Shown piece after piece: positions 12,816 to 27,533 of a stretch of 64,000 nucleotides of DNA. The stretch is from the NCBI RefSeq assembly GCF_009914755.1, contig NC_060931.1; one strand, written 5' to 3'. The notes beneath the pieces are model-generated. The model was not told the origin of the DNA and made no database searches. It saw nothing but the letters and a program-made list of their open reading frames with translations. Position numbers and translations under genes: made by a program. The stretch comes from the human T2T-CHM13v2.0 reference genome, Homo sapiens. The first letter of the stretch is position 1; every line of letters starts with the position of its first letter.

Positions 12816-13550
12816 TTCTATGGGCAGGATACCTGAGGTGATAGGAAAGTGGGGAACTTATTCTCTCAACCACGAAATATAAGATTTCTTTTTCTTTGAA
12901 TTGCAAGATTATGTTATCCTTAAGCTCAATAAATATGTGCTAATTAATGGGACTTTTAAGTTACAAAAATGCTCCCTTCTTTCTGCCTTTAAAGCCCACA
13001 CATCTTGATATGCTGAGTACAAAACTGGTGGGAGTTTTTATGGAAAAGACTGGCGGTGCCTTTTGCTCATTTACTACTAACAAAGCATTTTTAATGTCTC
13101 ATCCAAAGCCAGAATTTCATGTATTGTATTGTTAGAACAACAGTCCCTCCACTGAACTGAATTGTTGTTCTCCTTTTCAAGCACACACTCTTCTGTAACA
13201 GGAATAAGGTTTGTAGCTGCTGTTTTTGCATCTATTACTTGGTCCCGCATTTCTAATTGCAAGTGAAAGTTACCCTGCTAATTGTTGCATAAATCACCTA
13301 GTGTTCAATCATATGGAAAATAAGGTGTAATTTTATAATTAATAATATAATAACACTTCCCAAACTATGATTATGAAGCAATATGGAGAAGCTATTCTTC
13401 CCACAGAAAGGAAATAAATTCAAAGCTGAAAGGCTGGTTATTCATGTAGGGTTTATAGCAGTGAATTTTTTTGTCTGTTTTATTAAACTATACATGATAT
13501 AAAATTTACCTTTTTACTCGTTTTAAAGTATATAGTCAGTGGCATTCGGT

Positions 13551-14430
13551 TGTAAACCAAAAAGCATCTGAGACAAGTCTCAATCAATTTAGAAGTTTCT
13601 TTTGCCAGGTTAGGGACATGCCCATGACACATAGCCTCAGGACATCCTGACGACATATGCCTAAGGTGGTTGGGCTACAGTTCGGTATATAGTTTAGGGA
13701 GACCTAAAACATCAATCAATACTTCTAAGATATACATTGGTTTGGTCTGGAATGGTGGGACAACTTGAAGCAGGGAGGGAGGTTTCCAGGTCACAGATTA
13801 ATTGAAAGGTTTTCTGATTTGCAGTTGGTTTAAAAGAGTATCTAAAGACCTGGAATCCACGGAAGGGAATGTCTGGGTTAAGATAAGGCATTGTGGAGAC
13901 CAATGTTCTTATACAGATGAAGCCTCCAGGTACCAGGCTTCAGAGAGAATAGATTTTAAAGGCTTCTTATCAGACTTAAAAAGGTGCCAGACTCTTAGTT
14001 AATTCTCTCCTAAATCAAGGAAAAGACCTGGAAATGGAAAGAGATTTTATATAGAATGTAGATTTTCCCCACAAGAGATAGCTTTGTAGGGTCATTCCAA
14101 AATATGTCAAATAAATATATTTGAAGGTAAAATACTTTGATTTCTTTCAGGGCCTGCTATCTGTCATGTGATGCTGCACTAGAGTCAGGCTGGAATTTGA
14201 TATCTTATTGCTACAAAAAGTCTTAAGATCTCTTTTAATATTAATGCTGTTCGGTTGTGCATGAATTCCAAAGGGAGGAAGGTATAGTGAGTCACGTCCG
14301 AGCCCCCTTCCCGTCATGGCCTGAACTAGTTTTTCAGGTTAACTTTGGAATGCCCTTGGCTGAAAGGAGGTGTTTATTCAAAAAGTTGGGGGGCTCAGAA
14401 TTTTATTTTTGTTCTTATTCTTAGTTTACA
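13551..14430 (-). mobile_element. MER4-family (MER4D-like) ERV1 solo LTR
   Basis: TGTAAACCAAAAAG..TCTGAGACAAGTCTCAATCAATTTAGAAG start, ..TTTACA end, ~880 bp. Confidence 0.85.
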
Positions 14431-14470
14431 AAGTACATTTACATTGTTGTGCAAACATCACTACTACTCA

Positions 14471-14797
<327 letters not shown>

Positions 14798-15207
14798 AAA
14801 CGAAACTCTGTACCTATTAAAAAAATAACTCCCCATTTCCCCCTCCCAAGACCCTGTTATCCACCATTCTACCTTCTGTCTATATAAATCTGACTCCTCT
14901 AGGTATCTCATCTAAGTGGAATCATACAATATTTGTGAGGTTTTTTTTGGTCTGGCTTATTACACTTAGCATAATGTATTCAAGGTTAATTCTTGCTGTG
15001 ACGTGTCAAAATTGCATTCCGTTTTAAGGTTAATATTCCATTGCAAGTATATACACACTTTTTGTTTATCCATTCATTCTTTGGTGGACATTTGGGTAGC
15101 GGTAAATTTTGAATCATCTTAATATAATGAATGATTATCTGTGTAGAAAGTGAGGTAAGGAAATGAAAATATTGTACTTGAAAAGAAAAAGGAAAGGACA
15201 CATGATT

Positions 15208-15506
15208 CTGAGCTGTACTGTTCAATACAGTGGCCACGCTTGACATGTGGCTAATCTGAAATGAGACGAGCTGTAAATGTAAAACATCCACTGAATTTAA
15301 AAGACATGGTATGGAAAAAAGAATGTAAAAACAGCTCATTAATAATTTTAAGAAATATTTATTACATGTTGAAATAATATTTTGGCTATGTTGATTTAGA
15401 TAAAATATACTATTAATTTTACCCATTTCTTTTAACTTTTAAAATGATTTGTAGAAAAGTTAAAAATGTATATGTGGCTTACATTACATTTCTATTGGAC
15501 AGCGTT
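15208..15506. mobile_element. MER33-like hAT-Charlie DNA transposon
   Basis: CTGTTCAATAC..GCCAC..CATGTGGCTA start, ..TTCTATTGGACAGCG end. Confidence 0.75.
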
Positions 15507-15525
15507 AATATACAAAGTCAGATCT

Positions 15526-15752
15526 GGCTGGGCGGGGTGCCTTGTGCTTGTAATCCCAGTACTTTGGGAGGCTGAGGTGAGTGGGTCACTTGAGGGTTAG
15601 GAGTTTGAGGCCAGCCTAGCCAACATGGTAAAACCCCATCTCTACTAAAAATACAAAAATTAGCTGGGCATGGTGTCACCAGCAATTCCAGCTGCTGCGG
15701 AGGCTGAGGCAGGAGAATCGCTTGAACCCAGGAGGCAGAGGTTGCACTGAGC
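15526..15752 (+). mobile_element. AluS, 3'-truncated (no tail)
   Basis: Alu consensus ending at GTTGCACTGAGC, fused to inverted Alu. Confidence 0.93.
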
Positions 15753-16037
<285 letters not shown>

Positions 16038-17159
16038 TAGACTCAGATAGAATTGGATGTGCTCATTCTAACATATTAGTCTCCAACTGTGAAACACCAG
16101 GCAAAACAAGGATGAACACAATTTTGATTGTCAGAAAGTCCTTCTCTTCAAGTTCTATAATATGGAAGACTGCATCCTTTTACCTTGTCATGAGGTTGTC
16201 ATGATCATATTCCTCGTCTAAAAAACAGGCATTCATAGAAATGCATGAGCCTTCCTCTCTCGTGGCTCCTTCCTCCACATGCATAATCCATCTTCATTTG
16301 GAACTTTCTTTCTGTTCACAGGAACTCACTTTACTTATTAGAAAGTGCTTCTTGAGGTCCTGTTGGGCATTTGTTTGAAGGGTCCCCAGGTAAAAGTACA
16401 CTGGATGTACACTAACCGACTCTACTGTTTCGGTTGATTAGCCTCTCAGAAAAATAATGCCAATCCTTAAAAGACCAAAAGGAAACACGTGGTCCATCTA
16501 TTCAAATCAAAACCATTGTGAGAAGTCAGGAGTCCTGCTGTCTCTCCTCAGCCCACACAAGGCTCTTTCTGCCTCTAGAACGGAAGTTCCAAGGGTAAAC
16601 AAGGACAGGCTTTGAAGGTACAGCAGTAAAAGAAATTGTAAGTCATAATTACTTAGGTAGGCAGAATATCACATATACTTTTTTTTCTACTTTAGCTGTT
16701 TTAATGCAGAATCTTGTTACACTGAGATGTTATGGTTTTGCCTCAGATGATACTTTATCTGAATATATCTCTCTTTTCAGCTGCTTAAATTCAGCCCCAA
16801 AGAACCCTTTCTGCTCTCAGGGGCCATGTCTGTTTTGTTCCTTTTCCTTTTTGCCTGAAAGATAACCTATTACTATAGTTTTAAAAAAGTTCTCATAGAT
16901 ATTTTAAGTACTTTTTAGTTATATATAAAGTTTTCTTCACAGACATATGCAGATTTCAGAGTCACTGTCCAGAATATTAGAGCACTCAAGGGCTTGCCTT
17001 TGAAGCTTCCCACTTATCATCTGAAGGGCGAGATTTCCCTTGTGGATGAATTGGAGGAAATATAGATCAAGATTTTTGATTCTATTTAGAGAAAATTCTA
17101 TTTTGAAAAAGTCAATGCAAGATGGGGAATTGGAGTGGGGTTAATGGCAAGGGCAGGCA

Positions 17160-17410
17160 AGGTGAAGCAGAGAGAGAAAGGAAAGAAAAGCAGAAAGAAA
17201 GTGGAGAGGAGAAAAGGAGGCGAAACAGGGAAAAGGGAGGTGGTGAGCTGTGGACTTTGAAATGAGAGGTAACCAGGAAAGGAGAGAGATTGAGAAAGCT
17301 GAGAAGGGAAAGGAAAGAGAAAGAGGAACTGAAAATGCAAAGGAGAAACAGAGAAAACCAGCAGAGAAGGAAAGAAACAGGGCAAAAAGCAAAGGGAGGG
17401 GTGGGGAAAC
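17160..17410. repeat. GA-rich low-complexity tract
   Basis: Strong purine bias on + strand. Confidence 0.7.
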
Positions 17411-18380
17411 TAGGGAGCAGAATCAGGCCTCCTAAGGTTTACATCCCTTCTCTAAAGCATGGGAGTTTATTTGAAATAAGGACTCACAAAGGTGAAATAA
17501 TAACAATACCATAGAAGCATTTATTATCTCAATGTTGTTGCTAAAATAATGTACAGGCTTTTCCAATTATCAAATGGTTAACACTTGCTCCTTTTTTTGG
17601 ATATATGCAATAGTTATGAACAGTTCCACATCACTTAAGAATGCAATGTCATATTTGGTTTCTTTTTTGCTTTAATTAGAAAAAGCTCAAGATGCTTCTC
17701 TTGTATCCTCCACCAGAAAAAAAAAAGAAAAGAAAAATGAAAAAAAAAAAAAAAGGAGGAAAGGAAACCAGTATCAGTTGTTGTTTCAGAGTCTTCAAAG
17801 CTTTTAATTCCTGGACTCTTACAAAGCTCCTTTATTTTTCTAACTGGGTCACAGGTGGGAGCCCTGATCTTTGAGCTGTGGCTGCCACTCCTCTGGAGAT
17901 TGCTTTTCCTTTCTGTCCTACCATGGTGGGTCAGAGGTCTGGTCACCTACCTTCCCCACCTGCTGCTCCCTGGCACTCCCAGGTTCTGTAGTCTGGGAGA
18001 GCATCCTCTGCAGAGCAGGTCAGCAGCTCTTGTCTGCTAAGCTCACTCAGGCCTGGAGCCAGCCACAGGCTCCCCACAGCACTTACCACATACCACCCCG
18101 GGGTTCTGAAGCCTTCCTGTCTCCTAGGATGCATCCATGTGTGGCATCCATGCGCCACCCTCAAATTCCCTGCAGCCTTTCTCCTTCAGGCTCCAGAGAG
18201 CCATCCAAAGGCCAGCTGCTTTCTTTTTGCCCTTCCTTCTTCCGATTAAATAGAACAAATCCCACTTCATACACATTTCTCCCTCCATGGAACCTGCTGG
18301 CTAATCAGCAAGTGCTTCGTTTCTTCGGGAGCCAGGCTTCAAACCCCAGAACCGCAAAAGAACCTGCCTGCTTGACTTAC

Positions 18381-18432
18381 CTCGCTGGACAAGAGGGCTT
18401 AGTATTTCGGAATAAAATGCCTTGTAACTCTT
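18381..18432 (-). other. Candidate 52-nt exon (minus strand)
   Basis: Acceptor TTATTTTCTCCCTCCCAG| and consensus donor GAG|GTAAGT in unique sequence. Confidence 0.35.
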
Positions 18433-18589
18433 CTGGGAGGGAGAAAATAACCTTTCCTTTATTCCAGATAAATATAGAGCAGTGGAAATACAAAGCAAAG
18501 TAATTATGTAATAGGTTAGCCTTCTATAGCATTTTTTTGCTAGTCAGTATACAAAATGTTTGATATAACGATTATTTAATGCTAAAAAT

Positions 18590-18750
18590 TCTGCAAAGAT
18601 ATGTCCCACTAATTTCATTTTTTTTCTTTTAATGAAAGGGCTGAGATCTTGAGAGGTTAAATAGCTCGTTAGAGATCACACCAATAATAAATAATAGTCT
18701 GGATTGAAGCTCAGATCTGACCTCAGACCTTATACCAGTTGCACCACATC
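18590..18750 (-). mobile_element. MIR
   Basis: GGCTGAGATCTTGAGAGGTTAAATAGCTCG..GATCACAC core. Confidence 0.5.
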
Positions 18751-19469
18751 ACATATTAAGATATAGTTAAGCTAGATAAAATCACTCCACTTGTTTGGAA
18801 GCCAAATCTTCCAAAGAACAATGGTAAAACAATAAGTAATCATAGGCATATACATTGGAGACAGCTACGTTTTCATATAAACTTATAAAAGATCAAATCT
18901 TAAGCCAATTAGAAATCTCTGAGAAATTATTTTGTATTAAAAACAAACTTTAGATTTCTTTAGAGAGAAAATAAGAGAAAACCCAAATGCTCAAAAAGAA
19001 AAAGGCTATAGATTTGGTGAAATAAACATTTAAAATAATAAAAAAAATTGCACAGTAACAAACACCTGAAAAAATAATCAGAATTTGAAACAAAAAGACA
19101 ACAGAAGAAAATAGGTTTTGTGAAATTGGGTCCATGGAAATATATATCAATGTCTGAAGTAGCTTAGTTGAGAGACTCATATACATGCACATCAGATTAC
19201 GAGCTTTAAATATTAGTAAAACTGCTTTTGTTTACTATATGGCAAAAAGACATTCTGCTATTTCCTGGGGTTCCAGACGGTTTACCTGGGAGCCATTTGT
19301 TAGTGTGGTCTTGACAAAAAGTAGAAATAGAATGAAACTGTTAATACGCAGTCATCAGTTCAACATCTCACTGCCACAGATGTTTCCTGCAAATAGTTTT
19401 TCTGCCAGCCCACTCCCTCCCTCCCTCCCCCACTCCCCTCTGTATCCACCATTTTTGTAAATCCGTGAA

Positions 19470-19682
19470 TTAAGTACCTGTCCTCTATGGCACTTAGCAC
19501 AGGTGTAGATTTACATTTATTTGTGTGATTATTTGATCGATAACGTCCTTCTCACTATATGTGAGCTCCACAATGGCAAGGATTTTATTTGGTTTTGTTT
19601 ACAACTGTAGCTCTAACGCCTTTCATAGTCAGTGTCTAGCACAGGGGAGATAAGCAGCAAACATGTTTGTATTGAATAAATA
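19470..19682 (+). mobile_element. L2 3' end
   Basis: GTGAGCTCC..GGCAAGGA..GTGTCTAGCACA..TTTGTATTGAATAAAT. Confidence 0.6.
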
Positions 19683-20562
19683 GCCTAACGGTCCTGGAAA
19701 GCAGGCAACATGAGACTTTCGAGAATTTCACACATTTACAAGTGACTTTGGATGAAAGACTGGGAAATGAAGGTAGGAGCTGGAGGTAAAGGGTCATTTG
19801 ACAAATACCATTTTGCAACTGACACCAGCTAACAAGAGGAATCCCAGCAGGTTCATACTGAAGTGCAATGATGCATGGATATACAAGTTAGATATACAGT
19901 CCTTAAACTTAAGCCTATGTGTCTGATAGAAATAAAATGCATTTTTTTTCAGCTGCCTTGCCCTTAACTTTTTTTTTTTTTTTTTTTTGCTTTGAGATTT
20001 TTCTGACAGGACAGATCTACTTTTCCCCCAAAGAAAGATATTGAGAGACAGTCACAGGTCGTCCTCAGGTCCATGTGAATACAGTTCTGAAACTTCTTGG
20101 TAATTAAAACATTAAGTTAAAAACTAGGTCTTGTTTTAAAGCTAAGTTTTTAGCTTAGTTAAAAACACCCATGAGGATGGCCAGAAACAATTAGTCAAAG
20201 AATAACAAGTGTTGATGAGGGTGTAGAATAATCAAAACCCTCAGATGCTGCTGGTAGAAATGTAAAATAGCACAGCCATTTTGGAAAACTGACAGTTCCT
20301 CAAATGATTAAATAGTTACATGACTCTGCAATCCTACTCCCAGGTATATAGCCAATAGAAAAACATATATCCACAAAAAAGCTTGCATATAAATATTCAT
20401 CGCAACATTATTTATGATAGCTAAAAGGTAAAAACAACCCAAATGTCCATCAGTGGCTTAATCGATAAACAAAATGTGGTATCAGTCATGGTTATCCAGA
20501 GAAACAAAACCAATAGAATATATAGACCTACTTAACAAGAGATTTATTATAGGAAATTACTT

Positions 20563-21406
20563 TGACAACCAAAATAACTGATTGAGGCATAAGTCTCAAA
20601 TCAAGGTTTATTGAGCCTGTTTGAGGCATGCCTGGGAAAAACATGAGTCACAGAAACTTCTGTGGATGTTTTTCCCAAAGAAGTTCTTAGGAGGTTTAGT
20701 TGTTGTTTGTTTTTTTTTGTTTGTCTTGTTTTGTTTTTTGACAGAGTTTCGTTCTTGTTGCTCAGACTGGAATACATGGCCTCCGCCTCCCAGGTTCAAG
20801 CCATTCTCCTGCCTCAGCCTCCTGAGTAGCTGGGATTACAGGCATGAGCCACCACACCTGGCTAATTTTGTATTTTGAGTAGAGATGGGGTTTCTTCATG
20901 TTGGTCAGCGTGGTCTTGAACTCCCTACCTCAGGTGATCCACCTGCCTCTGGCCTCCCAAAGTGCTGAGATTACGGGTGTGAGCCACTGTGCCCAGCCCA
21001 GGAGGTTTAGTATTTATACATTTTCTTTAACAAGGGGAAGGCGGCAGTGAGACAAATGATTATATACTTGTGAGACTTTAGTTAGTACCCAGTAAATATC
21101 CATTTTACATAAGGTGAACATGTAAGAAAAGGAAGAGAGATAGCAGACATCTCAGAGTAGGGTGAAGGAATGATTTATCTCATTTTGTCTTTGTTCGGTA
21201 CCTTGGAAGATAAACTAGTAGTCTTTTGAAAAGTCTGGTTTCTGTTTAGCCCTTAGGGAAGAAAATCTAATGACTGTGAGCGAGGGAAGGGATATTCCCT
21301 TTGTCTTGGCTGTGAATTCTGTTTCCAAGGTTTCTCTGGGGTTCCCTTGGCCAAGAGGGGATCCCTTCAGTCAGTTGGGGGGGATTCAGATTTTATTTCT
21401 TATACA
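20563..21406 (-). mobile_element. MER4-group ERV1 solo LTR (MER65/MER83-like), interrupted by Alu
   Basis: TG...CA termini; TCTCAAATCAAGGTTTATTGAGCC; TCTGGGGTTCCCTTGGCCAAGAGGGG..CAGTTGGGGGG..TTTTATTT. Confidence 0.65.
20701..20998 (-). mobile_element. AluSp/Sq with ~25-bp internal deletion
   Basis: Reverse Alu; TSD AGGAGGTTTAGT both sides. Confidence 0.93.
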
Positions 21407-21623
21407 ATTGTGGAGGCCAAGAGGTCCTATAATCTGCTATCTGCAAGCTGGAGAACTAAGAAAGCCACTGGTGTTATTAGTCCTAGTCTGAAGGCCTAAG
21501 AACCAGAAGCACCAATGTCTAGGAGCAGAAGAAAATGGATGGCCCCACTCAAGCAGAGATCAAGTTCATCCTTCTTCCACCTGGTTCTATTCATGTGATC
21601 ATCTGATTAATGATGACCACCTG

Positions 21624-22026
<403 letters not shown>

Positions 22027-22409
22027 CTAAGTGAAGGAAGCCAGGCACAGAAGTCCACATATCATATCATTTCATCCACATGAGAATCCAGACAGGAAAA
22101 TCTATAGATACAGAAAGCAGATTAGCTGTTGCTTAGGGTTGAGGGGAGAGGGGATTGAAAGGGGTGATAGCTAATAGGATTTCATTTTGAGATGATGAAA
22201 ATATTCTAAAACTGTGAGGTAGCGCATATCTGTGAATATATTAAATACCGTTGAGTTGTACACTTTGGGTGAATTATACAGTATGTGGATTATATCTTGA
22301 TAAAGCTGGTTAAAAACAACTAAGTGTTACATCCCTTCCCTACTAATCAGCTTTCATGTGGAACATGCTACGGTCACACAGTCCAATGCTGAGAACATAG
22401 ACTTGGTCC

Positions 22410-22570
22410 ATTAACTGGCAGTTGGCTCTGGGAACTGCTGAACATTCCAAACCTCAGGTTCCCCCACTGTAAATTCATAAAATAGGGCAACAGCACCTGC
22501 CTTACAGGGTCTCTGGGAGGGTTTTAGATAATCAATATTAAGTACTTGGCTTATAGTATACAATATTATA
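22410..22570 (+). mobile_element. MIR
   Basis: CCTCAGGTTCCCC..CTGTAAA..CACCTGCCTTACAGGGT. Confidence 0.5.
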
Positions 22571-22759
22571 TTTTATAATGGTTTTTTCCAAATTGAAGAA
22601 AAAAAAATTTCCTCATACAGAGTTTATAGTTCAATAGAAAGGTCAAATTTTCAAGAAAAATATTTAAATATTTTAAGAGAAGTTTGCTTTATCCCCAGCC
22701 TGTCATAGCAAAACAAGAGTATGCTGGGTCAAAAGAAATTTTGATATTTGATTGTTTCA

Positions 22760-23066
<307 letters not shown>

Positions 23067-24728
23067 TGCATGTTTTATTTCACAGAAGGTAAATTTGAAC
23101 CAAATTTTTCACTGGGTGTGAGGATATTTGACACAGTCTTGGTTTCCTGTGTGTAAAGATGGCATTGTTTCTACTAAAGCACAGATGTGCTCTCTTCTGC
23201 ATTGTGCATAAAATAGTGAAAAACTAGGAACATCCAAGTGTCCAAAAATAGGGGAAAGGTTAAGTTAATTATTCTATTACTTCATGATGATGCAGTCACT
23301 TTATATTTTTTTGTAGAATTTTGTAGAAAGAAAATGAACAAGATAATATGACAAAAATAGAATAACAATACACATAAATACACATCCAACCAATACCGTA
23401 CCACAGCCTTCTGAAAAGTATACATTGATAGATTAAAAACAAAGTTTGGGAAAGGACATAAAATTTAGTTGTGGTTTTATTATGTTGGTGGGACTCCAGC
23501 TGCCTTTTATTTTAAATAATTTACATTGTTTTAAAGTTGGTTTAATAACATACAGAAACTGTAATAGGTTAAAAATACCTACCGCTCCTTGTCCTCTATT
23601 TTATGGACTCTATTAAGAGAGATAAAAGAAAAGTTAATGATAAAGGAAGGTGGACAGTATTGACGAAACTCCCAGCTCTTAGCAAAGGAGCTATCTTAAG
23701 GGTAATAGGTTATACTTGACAACATCCTGAAAGGACATTTTTAAGGCTGATGAATGATGTCCGCAAGCCTGCTAATTAGCTGCATCCCCATGAGCAAGCC
23801 ATTTAACCTCTAAGGATCTCAATTCCCTCATCTGTAAAATAAGGGATTAAAAAATACCTTTTTGACATGCAAAGATGTGGAAGTTGGGGCTTGAGTAAAA
23901 AGCAGCCATCTTAAATTCTCAGGGGAAGCTTGTGTCTTACACAACTATGTGATCTGCGTTGCACATGGAGAAAATGAAACCCAGAGTTCTGGGATGAGGG
24001 CCACATCCAGAGATGAGGGGACCCTGTCTACTATTTTTTTTTTTTTCCTACTCTTCAAGGATTGCTGCTGCTTGTCCTTGTGTACTGGGATACTATTAAA
24101 GTTTTTTTAAAAAGTTAATTGCAAAGGAAGATGAGCAGTAGAACTCCCCCTAAAGACATCACAAAGAAACAATTTCAAGACATAATATTGCATATAAGAT
24201 TTCCTGTGATAAAAATTTATTAAATATACTTACCTATGTGATACTGTGTTAGAATTAGGCAGATTCTCTTTCCCTGGTAACCTGCAGTTTCAGGAATTGA
24301 AGCCATCACTGAGGCACACATGAATTTAAAAGGCAACCAGGCCAATGAACACACATCAAATAAGCACACACATTAAGTACAATTAAATTCTCAAGTAAGA
24401 GGACAGACTAAAACTGCTTCTTAAAAGAGATGCTAAGTACTTTCTGTTGTGGATGAGAAGAAAATTGTAGTGGTTATATCACTACTAACTCTGAACTCAG
24501 ACAATTGGGAAGTGAGAGAGGGTCATCGGTAATCTGTCTCAGAGTTCATTAAAAGGATGAAAGAGGACTGTACGTTTTAATTTACATGTTTCTACTGCTT
24601 ATCTTCCATGAGCAGTAGTCTTCCTATGGACAGGACCATTTTATATGAATTCCAAAGCCTTAGAACTGAGCTTGTAGGAATTTACTGGCTCCAGGCATCA
24701 CGCAGCCAAAATTGTATGCATGCTTGAC

Positions 24729-24814
24729 TGCAAAACCAGAAGGTGAGTCCTTATTCTGTTCTGATGGTGCAAAACCAGAAGGTGAGTCCTTATTCTGTTC
24801 TCTTCTGATGGTGC
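24729..24814 (+). repeat. Tandem duplication, 39-bp period
   Basis: TGCAAAACCAGAAGGTGAGTCCTTATTCTGTTCT exact at 24729-24762 and 24768-24801. Confidence 0.95.
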
Positions 24815-25308
24815 TCCCATGCAGCATGGAGGCTCCCTCATCACCTAGGTCCTCCCCACCCTTCCTGTGCTCCCTCATGTTCTCAGCAATGTTATCTCCT
24901 TTTCTGCTTGTTCTCAACCTGGAGGCTGATAAACTGTTAGCACTTAGCTTTTGGGGTCTGTATGCCACTGTTAGCTTGCCCTTCCTTATCAGGATTTTTT
25001 AGGATGCCTACACTTAACTTACTAATTCTCAGGGCTTCATTTCACCTCTATTTTCCTGTTTGAAATGGCTTTACCAGTACCTAAGGTCTGATTCGATCCT
25101 GAACAGTGCCATCGGGGAATAGTAAGGAAGCTCATGTCTCTTCTGATGTTGGAGAGCCATCTACCAGGTTTCCTATAACAGATACTCTATGATATGTTCT
25201 TATTTTTTTAACAGAAAATTATTTATTCTTATTGAAAATATATATTGCTTTAAAATATTAGCTCTTCATCTCTGAACTGGAGATTAGAAAAAATAAAATA
25301 TTTGCTAA

Positions 25309-25635
<327 letters not shown>

Positions 25636-25749
25636 TAAATAGGTGTATTTTATTGTATGAAGACAGATAGTAGAACTAATCTTGTTGCTTTTTTGTTGTT
25701 GTTGTTCATTGACCATTTTATTTTGTTCTGTTCCTATTTAAAACTGGTA

Positions 25750-26505
25750 GAAATATTTAAAATGAGATCTGCTCTTTTAAATTTTTAAGTGTACAAAACT
25801 ATTGCTAACTATAGGCACATTGTTATATAGCAGATAAAGGTCTCTAGAACTCATTCATCTGGCATAACTGAAACTTTACGCCTGTCGAATAGCAACTCCC
25901 ATTTTCCTCCTCCAGCCATCTCCTGGCAACATCATTCTACTCTATTTCTGTGAGTTTGACTGTTTTAGATACCTAATATAGGTGATGTCACACAGTGTTT
26001 GTCCTTCTGTGACTGGCTTATTTCACTTTGCATAATGTCCTCCAGGTTTCTGTTTGTTGCATATAACAGGATTTCCTTCCTTTTCTACAGCTGAATAATA
26101 TTTCCTTATATGGATATACTATGTTTTCTTTATCCATTGGTCAGTGGAAATTTAGATTGTTTCCATGTTGCGTCTATTGTGAATTTGTGGTTCTCTGACA
26201 CTAGTGATGTTGAGCATCTTTTCATATACCTGATGGTCATTTGTGTGCCTTCTTTTCCGAAATGTCTATTCCAGTCCATTTTTAATTGTGTGAAGTTTCT
26301 TTTTTTTCTTTTGCTATTGAGTTTTAGGAATTCCTTGTATATTTTGCATATTAGTCCCTTATCAGATATATGGTTTGCAAAATTTTTTCCCATTCTCTAG
26401 GTTGCCTTCTCACTTGTTGATTGTGTCTTTTGCTGTGCAGAATTTTAGTTTGATCCCGCTTGTCTAATTTTGCTTTTGTTGCTTGTGCTTTTAGTGTCAT
26501 ATAAA
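25750..26505 (-). mobile_element. L1MB-type 3' fragment
   Basis: ATGAGATCT..TTTTAAGTGTACAA..TAACTATAGGCAC, CCCTTATCAGATATATGGTTTGCAAA; ORF 26130-26393 resembles L1 ORF2 C-terminus. Confidence 0.8.
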
Positions 26506-26880
26506 ATATTTTTTAAAAACTTAACAGAGTATTATAAAATAAGCATATTTTGGCAATTCCTGAGATAACCAGATACTTAGGTTATGCCCCAACCAGAGAA
26601 AATGGGACTTTATAAAACATAAGCAGGATTTGGTATTATAAGAGAAACCCTGTGAATCTTGATGATAGGTTCTAATATCTTTCCTCATGCTGAGGTAAAA
26701 TGCTATATTTCACAGTTAATTCATCATTCTAGTCAAATAATGATAAAAATAGACATTTTATTGCATTTTTAATGTCATTTTGTCATGGCTTAAAAACACC
26801 ATCAGCAGGAGGGCGACAGGTAAGTCATAATGCTGGAGAAAGAATGAGAGCTGTTTAAATTAGGTTTAAAGAAAACTATG

Positions 26881-27519
<639 letters not shown>

Positions 27520-27533
27520 TTAATGAGTGTTGT

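Noticed and set aside
16480-16590. CACGTG E-box and CGGAAGT ETS motif
   Set aside because: Isolated motifs without supporting evidence
17871-18503. 210-aa ORF, longest in the window
   Set aside because: Starts at TTG, no recognisable domain, S/P/C/L-rich composition typical of a chance ORF in GC-richer DNA
22715-22728. Third occurrence of AAGAGTATGCTGGG (also 4389 and 6313)
   Set aside because: Only 14 bp with no flanking similarity; found post hoc, treated as chance and not a CRISPR-like or dispersed repeat system
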